A stretch of DNA of 41,693 nt from Patescibacteria group bacterium (lineage in GTDB: Bacteria > Patescibacteriota > Patescibacteriia > UBA10025 > JAHIVO01): contig JBAZKE010000001.1 in NCBI GenBank assembly GCA_041650915.1, forward strand, positions 1 through 41,693, in the 5' to 3' direction. This document shows, one piece after another, positions 10,786-17,440 of the stretch; position 1 is the first letter of the stretch, and each line of letters begins with the position of its first letter. Under the pieces are notes generated by a model. The model searched no databases, was not told the origin of the DNA, and saw only the letters and a program-made list of their open reading frames with translations. The translations under genes and the position numbers were made by a program.

Positions 10786-11394
10786 ATGGGAGAACAATCA
10801 ACGCAGAAAAAATCAACAGTTTGGGTGATCGTTGGTTCTATAATTGTCGTATTAGTCGCTGGTGGGGTTTATTTTGTGACCATCGATTCCGAAAATAAAA
10901 ATGTTGAAGAAGTCAACGCTAATACAATAAATGCCACTACTTCTGCCGTGAAGGCATTTAATAGTCAGGGGATACGCTTTGAATATCCAAATACTTTTAC
11001 GGCAACGCTGCATGAGAAAAATTTACCTGATGGCGAGCAGTTTGAAGTATATATAGCAGCATCCGAAGCGAGCTCGGTAACTGAGGTGCCGCAGGTGACG
11101 CTATCGGTATTTACTAATGATGATGCGCTCGGCGTATCTGATTTTATCGATGCACTGTTTGATCGTTCCGTAGTATTGTTGCCCGGCATGTTGACAGGCA
11201 CCGTCGAGGATTCATATGCCGTCACTGACCGCACTGAGGGAGATAACCACTATACGGAGTATACAGATGTTGAGACTTCTGAGCACACCGCGTTCTATGC
11301 CACAGGCACTACAATGATTGTGATTTTGGAGTTAGGCATTGATGATGCCGTTGCATCTGCATACGATAAAATACTAGAGACGCTGGAGTATTGA
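10786..11394 (+). CDS. Hypothetical membrane-anchored (N-terminal TM) protein in an AT-rich stretch
   Basis: 202-aa ORF with a single TM helix (VWVIVGSIIVVLVAGGVYFV) and an acidic, T/E-rich ectodomain. No recognisable motif and no SD. Confidence 0.6.
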   Translation: MGEQSTQKKSTVWVIVGSIIVVLVAGGVYFVTIDSENKNVEEVNANTINATTSAVKAFNSQGIRFEYPNTFTATLHEKNLPDGEQFEVYIAASEASSVTEVPQVTLSVFTNDDALGVSDFIDALFDRSVVLLPGMLTGTVEDSYAVTDRTEGDNHYTEYTDVETSEHTAFYATGTTMIVILELGIDDAVASAYDKILETLEY

Positions 11395-11400
11395 GTAACC

Positions 11401-11556
11401 AAAAAGACGACCTTAGCTTAACGGGCCGGTCGCCAATCTGGAGCTTATAGTAAGAACATTGCGTTACATGACCTCTTCCATCCTTAGCAGCTTAGAGGTC
11501 TAAGCAAAGTCGGATAGAAAAGCCTGCATGTCGATAAACGTTTTTGTTCTTGAGCT
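11401..11556 (-). ncRNA. Candidate small RNA (~155 nt) transcribed away from ssb
   Basis: Minus-strand promoter TTGACA-16-TAGTAT (-35 at 11585-11590, -10 at 11563-11568). Minus-strand-only terminator GCGACC-(15)-GGTCGT + CTTTTT at 11401-11436. No minus-strand protein gene lies upstream that could use this terminator. The longest internal ORFs are 5-9 codons. Internal 7-bp hairpin GACCTCT/AGAGGTC. Confidence 0.4.
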
Positions 11557-11586
11557 AATTTCATACTAAAGCATTACAATATCGTG

Positions 11587-11600
11587 TCAAGAGCTCTTGA
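11587..11600. promoter_or_regulatory. Perfect 14-bp palindrome TCAAGAGCTCTTGA between the ssb -10 region and the ssb start
   Basis: Seen directly. It lies just downstream of TACAAT (11575-11580) and overlaps the minus-strand TTGACA (11585-11590). Confidence 0.5.
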
Positions 11601-11636
11601 GAGATAGTCTAATTAAGTAACAACGAAAGGGCAAGT

Positions 11637-12062
11637 ATGGATCTGAACAAGACAGAGCTGATCGGAAACCTCGCGGTTGATCCGACCGTCAGGAAGCTTC
11701 CCTCAGGCCAGTCGGTCGCTTCTTTCCGGATTGCGACGGACTACACGTGGCGCGACTTGAAGAGCAAGGCGCAGCGGAAGAACACCGAGTTCCATGATGC
11801 GATCGCGTGGGGGCGCCTCGGTGACGTGGTCGCCAAGTACCTCAAGAAGGGCGATCGCGTGTACGTCGACGGCCGGCTGCACAACCGTGCGTGGGAGGGA
11901 AAGGACGGCGTGAAGCGCCACCGGACCGAGGTTGTCATGCAAAACCTCATCATGCTCGGCGGCGCCAAGAAGAAATCCGACGGAGACACCAAGAAAGTCA
12001 ACGACGAGATCGTCGTTGAGGAGATTGATGTCGATACGGTGCCGGTGGAGGGTAAGGAGTAA
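11637..12062 (+). CDS. ssb: Single-stranded DNA-binding protein
   Basis: OB-fold pattern NKTELIGNLAVDPTVRKLPSGQSVASFRIAT...TEFHDAIAWGRLGDVVAKYLKKGDRVYVDGRLHNRAWEGKDG. 141 aa. Confidence 0.92.
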   Translation: MDLNKTELIGNLAVDPTVRKLPSGQSVASFRIATDYTWRDLKSKAQRKNTEFHDAIAWGRLGDVVAKYLKKGDRVYVDGRLHNRAWEGKDGVKRHRTEVVMQNLIMLGGAKKKSDGDTKKVNDEIVVEEIDVDTVPVEGKE

Positions 12063-12210
12063 CTACTCCTTACCTCTCTGATCCTGTCGTTTAACGGGGA
12101 AGGTTTCGACAGGGTCAGAAAGGTGAGGAATAATGATGCACCTTTAGAGCCTATGAAAGAGCGGATAGGGCATATCCGCTCTGTCTGGGGGAACCGTTCG
12201 GGGCAACTGG

Positions 12211-12861
12211 CTACTGTTTTCTCAGAACGGCAGTCCAGACTACTTTACGGCCACCAACCCTTCTATCATCGGGTCCGATGTCTTCGGGCTTGTCTCCGCT
12301 CATGAACGCGAATCCGTGTCGGCGCACGAGTCCGTGGAGCTCTTCTTCGGTGAAGTACGCCACTCTCCGCTGGCGGCCCGCATCCAGATGCCTGGGCATG
12401 CTCGATTCTCTGAGGAGGAAGAGCCCTCCGGGTTTCAGCACCCGCCGCGCCTCGGAGAAGACCAGCTCCACGTCAGTGATCGTCTGCGCATTCTGGATCG
12501 ACGACTGCGTGTACACGAGCCTGAACGATTGGTCGGGAAAGGCCGACAGGTCCGTGAAGCTGCCCTGGAGAATCTGGGCGGCGGTGCCGGTGTGCTGCAG
12601 CAGCTGGTTGCACATCTCGATCGCGGTTCCATCGATCTCGATGCCGTGGAGTTCGCATCCCCAGTCCTTGAACATCGTGAGGTTTCTGCCCTCTCCTGAG
12701 GCGAGCTCGAGGATCCAGTCGCCGGGCTGGAATTCGGAACGGTAGGCTCCGAGCGTTTCTGCGATTACTTGGGACGGCCCACGCTGGACCCGTCTGATCC
12801 GTTTCTGCACTGTTTCGGTCGCCAAGACGTCCGGAGGCAGCTTGAAGGAAACGTTAAACAT
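12211..12861 (-). CDS. Class I SAM-dependent methyltransferase
   Basis: Motif I ILELASGEGRN and post-I/II pattern (LHGIEID, VLKPGGLFLL). Start set at ATG 12861 (AAAGGAAG upstream) rather than the tracked 12924. Confidence 0.82.
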   Translation of the reverse strand: MFNVSFKLPPDVLATETVQKRIRRVQRGPSQVIAETLGAYRSEFQPGDWILELASGEGRNLTMFKDWGCELHGIEIDGTAIEMCNQLLQHTGTAAQILQGSFTDLSAFPDQSFRLVYTQSSIQNAQTITDVELVFSEARRVLKPGGLFLLRESSMPRHLDAGRQRRVAYFTEEELHGLVRRHGFAFMSGDKPEDIGPDDRRVGGRKVVWTAVLRKQ

Positions 12862-12956
12862 TCCACTTCCTTTCGGTTGATGGTTGAAAGTTACTCTATT
12901 GGTTTGTGGTGCCAGGGAAGCCATTTACTTCACCTAACACCTTAAAGTATAGCATT

Positions 12957-15269
12957 ATGAAAACGATTGTCAAGCTTTTTATCCCTATTTTTATTGGTTT
13001 TTTTCCGGTTCTGCTCCATGGAGAAACCGCCGTTACTGTTGTGATCAGCGAGATAAAGACAACTGGCGGGAGCGGATACAGCACCGATGAATTTATTGAG
13101 CTGTACAATCCTGCTGATAGTGCGATTTCATTGAGCGGCTGGCAGCTCATGAAGCACACTGCGTCAGGGAGCGAGTACACACTCGTTGAAGACTTTGGCG
13201 GCCGCGCAGTTGGGCCACGCTCTTTTTTCTTGATTGCGCATCCTACCGGGTACCTCGGCGAAGCACAGCCGGACCAGTACTACACGACGACGAATTCGGT
13301 TGCTGACAATAATGCCGCCGTGCTCATCGATGCGGCAGGCGCGGTTGTCGATACGGTTGGGTTCGGCACTTCGTCCGTTTTCGAATCTGCCGCAGCGCCG
13401 AATCCTGGTTCTGGCAAGAGCCTCGAGCGCAAGGCGAGAGCGGATTCAACCGCTGAGGAGATGGCTGAGGGCGGGGCCCACACCTTTCTCGGCAACGGGG
13501 AGGATTCGGGCAGCAATGCCGCTGATTTTACCCTCCGTGCGGATCCTGAGCCGCAGAATTCCGGTTCTGACGTTGAATACCTTGCGATTGAAGTTCCGGA
13601 TGTGCCGGGCGAAATTCCAAAGGATGAGATTGAGGATCGCGAAGAGGAACATTCGAATACCCGTGTCATATACTCGGACACGATCATCATCACGGAGCTC
13701 TTCCCGAATCCAGAGGGGAAGGATGATGGTGAGTTTATTGAGCTGTACAATGGCGGAGCCGCTGCCATTGATGTGGAATCGTGGCAGCTCGGCGATGGGA
13801 GCAGCCGGCGCTACACGATCGCCGGAACCGTCCTGCAACCCGGGCAGTACCTCGCGGTCGAGAAAGCATCTTCTGGCATCAGCCTCAACAATACGTCTGA
13901 TGCAGCAACGCTCTACTGGCCTGACGGCACGGCACTCGATTCAGTATCGTACAGCGAATGCGAGGAAGCCCAGTCATACGGCCTTGTCAATGGTGAGTGG
14001 TTATGGTCGGATTCGGTGACGCCCGGGGAGGCAAATCAGTTTACCATCGCCAATGAGCCGCCCGTTGCGGTGTATGAGATCGAGGACACCGAGGTGAAGG
14101 TCGGCGAGGAGCTTGCGTTCGATGGGTCTGATTCTGCCGATCCAGACGGGGATGCGCTCACGTACCGCTGGGACTTCGGAAACGGCGACCAGGCTGAGGG
14201 GCAGCGGGTGGCGTACGCCTTTGCCAGTGCCGGCAGATTTACCGTGACGCTCCTCGTGCAGGACCCGGGCGGTGCTACCGGAGAGGAGGAGCTCGAGCTT
14301 GAGGTCACTGATTACGACTACTCGGACGACGTGGTTCTGTCCGAGCTTCTGCCCTCGTGTTCCCCATCAGACAGGGAGTGCGAGTTTATCGAGCTCTTCA
14401 ACGGCGGACCTGAGGATGTGGCGCTCGACGGTTGGCAGCTGACCGACTTGAAAACGTACTACCGCTTTGGCGCCGATTCAATTGTGGTGGCAGGAGGCTT
14501 TTTGGTCGTAAAACGCTCTGAGAGCAAAATAACCCTCAACAACGGGGAGGATACGGTTTACCTGCTCGGTCCTGGCGGTGCAATCATCAACGGCGTTGAG
14601 TACGGAAAAGCGCCGAGGGACCAGTCGTTTTCTTTCAATGCTGTTGAAAACAAGTGGGCGTGGATTGGTACGGTTACCCCGGGTGGCGAGAACGTATTCG
14701 GAGACGAGGAGGATAGCGCCGTGGAAGCAGCGGCTGCCGCGGTCGCCGAGGAGGAAGTTGACGAATCGGAAGGCGAACCGCTCGATGTAGCAATCGCGGA
14801 TGTATCGGAATCGCTGCTCAAGCAGCTCATCAGGGTGCGCGGCGAGGTGGAGAGCGCGAAGAGCACGGGCATTCACTTGATGGACGAGTTCGGGAATACC
14901 GTACGTATCTACATTCAGAAAAAGACGGGCATTGCGCAACCCGACGTCGAGCCGGGCGATACGATGGAGGTTGTTGGGGTCCTCGACAAGACAAGCGCGG
15001 GCTTGAGGATATTGCCCAGAACGGATGCGGATATTACTGTGGCAAAGGCAGCAGCCGACAGCCGGGAAGATGCCCCGGGGAGCGTACTTGGTGATTCAAC
15101 TGAGCAGGCGGAGGCTATCGCGTATCCTACGGAGCACCGGAGCGCCCAGGTCCGTTCATACCTGTACGCGATTGCCGGGGCATGCGCACTGCTCATCATT
15201 GTTGCGGTAATAAAAAAAATCCGAGAGAGCAAGAAAAGCAAAAGCACCGGAAGCGCGGTTTCCAATTGA
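12957..15269 (+). CDS. Large secreted/cell-surface protein with 3 lamin-tail domains, a PKD domain, an OB-fold-like domain and a C-terminal TM anchor
   Basis: Signal peptide MKTIVKLFIPIFIGFFPVLLHG. LTD signatures ISEIKTTGG..DEFIELYNPADSAISLSGWQL, ITELFPNPEG.DDGEFIELYNGGAAAIDVESWQL and LSELLP...CEFIELFNGGPEDVALDGWQL. PKD block FDGSDSADPDGDALTYRWDFGNGD. C-terminal helix YLYAIAGACALLIIVAVI followed by KKIRESKK. Start taken at ATG 12957. Confidence 0.85.
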   Translation: MKTIVKLFIPIFIGFFPVLLHGETAVTVVISEIKTTGGSGYSTDEFIELYNPADSAISLSGWQLMKHTASGSEYTLVEDFGGRAVGPRSFFLIAHPTGYLGEAQPDQYYTTTNSVADNNAAVLIDAAGAVVDTVGFGTSSVFESAAAPNPGSGKSLERKARADSTAEEMAEGGAHTFLGNGEDSGSNAADFTLRADPEPQNSGSDVEYLAIEVPDVPGEIPKDEIEDREEEHSNTRVIYSDTIIITELFPNPEGKDDGEFIELYNGGAAAIDVESWQLGDGSSRRYTIAGTVLQPGQYLAVEKASSGISLNNTSDAATLYWPDGTALDSVSYSECEEAQSYGLVNGEWLWSDSVTPGEANQFTIANEPPVAVYEIEDTEVKVGEELAFDGSDSADPDGDALTYRWDFGNGDQAEGQRVAYAFASAGRFTVTLLVQDPGGATGEEELELEVTDYDYSDDVVLSELLPSCSPSDRECEFIELFNGGPEDVALDGWQLTDLKTYYRFGADSIVVAGGFLVVKRSESKITLNNGEDTVYLLGPGGAIINGVEYGKAPRDQSFSFNAVENKWAWIGTVTPGGENVFGDEEDSAVEAAAAAVAEEEVDESEGEPLDVAIADVSESLLKQLIRVRGEVESAKSTGIHLMDEFGNTVRIYIQKKTGIAQPDVEPGDTMEVVGVLDKTSAGLRILPRTDADITVAKAAADSREDAPGSVLGDSTEQAEAIAYPTEHRSAQVRSYLYAIAGACALLIIVAVIKKIRESKKSKSTGSAVSN

Positions 15270-15300
15270 GGGCGATTAGGCGTATACTGTATACAATTTT

Positions 15301-16431
15301 ATGAAAGCCCTCATTGTGATATTTGTCGCCTGTGCGCTTTTGATGATTCTCGGCGGCCACTACCTGCTGTACGAATCATGGATTTATTTTCTCCATATTT
15401 CTGATCCGGCGATTGAACAATGGCTCCTCATAGCGCTCGGCGTGCTCGCCATCAGCTTTCCTGCGACGCTTGGCCTCGTGCACTGGCGTGAAAATGGGAT
15501 TACGTCGTGGGCGTACTTTTTTGCTTCCTGCTGGCTCGGCATCGTGTGGTATATCGTTCTCGCAACTGTCGCGGTTCTGCTCATGATGCTCGTAAGCGAT
15601 TGGTTTGATATCGTTGTGAATATTTCCGTCGTATCGCTTGCCCTGCTCACCATTGCGCTCTATTTTTCCGCATACGGTTTTTGGAGCGCGCAGTATCCGC
15701 GCATCCGGCGCATCACCGTGCGGATGCCGAACCTCCCCGAGAGCTGGATCGGTAGGACGGCGGTGCAGCTCTCGGATGTGCACCTCGGGGCGATCCACCA
15801 CATCAAGTTTGCGCGAAGGGTAGTGAACAAGGTGAATAAGCTCCGGCCCGACATCCTTTTTATAACCGGTGATATCTTCGACGGTGCCGGCCGTGAACTC
15901 GGCTTGCTCGCGAAGCCGTTTGCCGATATCACCCCTCCGCTCGGTACGTACTTCATCATCGGCAACCACGAGACGTACATCGGACTCGATATCGTGTTCA
16001 AGGGCCTCCAGGAGGTGCTATTCACTACCTTGAGAGATGAAGCAGTCGATGTAGATGGGGTACAGGTCGTCGGCGTTGACTACCACATGCCCGGGAAACC
16101 GCGGGACGTTTCGAACGCGGTGAAGCTGGTTGACCGCGCGAAGCCATCCATCGTACTGTACCACGAGCCGATGATTGAGGCCGTCGATGCGTTCCGTGCG
16201 GCTGGGGCTAACCTCGTGCTGTCCGGCCATACGCATAAGGGGCAGATGTGGCCGTTTGGATATATCACAAAAGCGCTGTTCAAGCGGTATGATTGCGGCT
16301 TGTACGTCGACGGGAATTTCACGCAATTTACGTCGACGGGCGTCGGTACGTGGGGGCCCCCGATGCGCGTTGGTAACCGACCGGAGATTGTTCAGATCAC
16401 CTTCGAGCGGCTGGAGGGCGCAACTGCATGA
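15301..16431 (+). CDS. Membrane-bound metallophosphoesterase (YkuE/YaeI-like)
   Basis: Four N-terminal TM helices followed by calcineurin-like motifs LSDVHLG, FITGDIFDG, IGNHE, GHTHKGQ. Confidence 0.88.
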   Translation: MKALIVIFVACALLMILGGHYLLYESWIYFLHISDPAIEQWLLIALGVLAISFPATLGLVHWRENGITSWAYFFASCWLGIVWYIVLATVAVLLMMLVSDWFDIVVNISVVSLALLTIALYFSAYGFWSAQYPRIRRITVRMPNLPESWIGRTAVQLSDVHLGAIHHIKFARRVVNKVNKLRPDILFITGDIFDGAGRELGLLAKPFADITPPLGTYFIIGNHETYIGLDIVFKGLQEVLFTTLRDEAVDVDGVQVVGVDYHMPGKPRDVSNAVKLVDRAKPSIVLYHEPMIEAVDAFRAAGANLVLSGHTHKGQMWPFGYITKALFKRYDCGLYVDGNFTQFTSTGVGTWGPPMRVGNRPEIVQITFERLEGATA

Positions 16432-17009
16432 AGGCGCCATGGCAAATCACCTATCTGTTCCGGCCGTATGTCCGGTCGATTTCAGGCACTGAAAATATCC
16501 CAGCGGGCAGGTGTATTATCGTGGCAAACCACCAGAGTTCACTCGATACGCTCATGCTGATGCTCGCATTCCGCAGGAAGATCACGTTCGTCGCAGACCA
16601 CCGCCTGTTGAAGACGGTCGTGCGGCGCTACGTTACCTATACGGTCGGCGAGGCGATCCCGAACGGCCTCAGCTCAACCGAGTTCGCCCGCGTTGCGCTG
16701 CGTGACGGTGAGACGGTCTGCATTTTCCCCGAGGGGGACATCCATCCGAAGTACCGCACGGAGGGGATCCGTTCCGGCGCTGCGGTGCTCTCACACGGCG
16801 AGCAGATTCCGGTCGTGCCCGTGAGGCTGACGGGGACCGGCCGGGTATGGCCGGTCGTGGGATGGCCGCTCAGGCCGTGGCTCGTCCGTTCAGTGAGGAT
16901 CGCGGTTGGGAAGCCCATTGATCCTCCTCCAGTGAGCGAACAATATCACTACGATGACTATCAGAAGCTGAGCCGGCAGTTTATGGAGACCATTGAGGCG
17001 CTTGGGTAG
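16428..17009 (+). CDS. plsC: 1-acyl-sn-glycerol-3-phosphate (lysophospholipid) acyltransferase
   Basis: HxxxxD motif (ANHQSSLD) and the FPEG block. ATGA overlap with the upstream gene. Confidence 0.85.
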   Translation: MKAPWQITYLFRPYVRSISGTENIPAGRCIIVANHQSSLDTLMLMLAFRRKITFVADHRLLKTVVRRYVTYTVGEAIPNGLSSTEFARVALRDGETVCIFPEGDIHPKYRTEGIRSGAAVLSHGEQIPVVPVRLTGTGRVWPVVGWPLRPWLVRSVRIAVGKPIDPPPVSEQYHYDDYQKLSRQFMETIEALG

Positions 17010-17023
17010 CGGGTAATATTTTT

Positions 17024-17152
17024 AATAAAAAGAAATCGGGGACAATCACTTGCCGGGCTCCGATACCCTTATTCGTATGGTACTGAAGCGTGGTGAGTGA
17101 TTGTCCCCGTGATCAAAAGAGCGGTCTTTTTGGCTTTTGATTTTTGTTTTCT
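17024..17152 (-). ncRNA. Candidate small RNA B (~128 nt), antisense to the plsC 3' UTR
   Basis: Perfect promoter gcaTTGACAaagtgccttttttgcgcTATACTtatgg (-35 17182-17187, -10 17159-17164). 5' hairpin TCAAAAG/CTTTTGA. 14-bp terminal stem CGGGGACAATCACT (17037-17050) / AGTGATTGTCCCCG (17096-17109) followed on the minus strand by ATTTCTTTTTATT. No ATG in the transcript. Confidence 0.55.
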
Positions 17153-17198
17153 ACCATAAGTATAGCGCAAAAAAGGCACTTTGTCAATGCCTGAGGTT

Positions 17199-17348
17199 AA
17201 AAAAAATAAAGGGGTTGACCGGAAAGAAATTTTTCTAGAGTCAGTGGTCAACCCCCGTTGCAGCCCGAGCAGTATGTGCCCGGCCCCCGTTCATGAATGC
17301 AATAGCATCGTAACCCCCTCACTGATGTTTACTGATTCATGAAGTTGC
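17199..17348 (-). ncRNA. Candidate small RNA A (~150 nt)
   Basis: Perfect promoter TTGACCggttcttttgtttgagcTATAAT (-35 17378-17383, -10 17355-17360). 9-bp stem TTCATGAAT/ATTCATGAA. Terminator GGGGTTGACC (17211-17220) / GGTCAACCCC (17246-17255) followed on the minus strand by TTTATTTTTTTT. Only 3- and 17-codon ATG ORFs, neither with an SD. Confidence 0.55.
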
Positions 17349-17440
17349 ACTTCCATTATAGCTCAAACAAAAGAACCGGTCAAAAGGGCGATCGGGCGAT
17401 AGTCACCGCGTTTAAAAGCTGGTACAATGGAGAGAGCCGT

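Noticed and set aside
12906-12956. GTG 12906 as the start of the LTD protein, and the tracked start 12924 of the methyltransferase
   Set aside because: Using both would make the divergent genes overlap. ATG 12957 begins a textbook signal peptide (MKTIVKLF...), and ATG 12861 has an AAAGGAAG SD.
13234-14019. 261-aa alternative-frame ORF, and several minus-strand ORFs (13280-13768, 14036-14308, 14478-14939) within the LTD gene
   Set aside because: These are overlapping frames of a gene with strong domain signatures. They are Arg/Ser-rich or low-complexity shadow translations.
17339-17440. 5' extension of the tracked polA ORF (MKLHFHYSSNKRTG...)
   Set aside because: The conserved 5'-nuclease N-terminus starts at ATG 17441. 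The extension has no homology-like features and overlaps a perfect minus-strand promoter (17355-17383).
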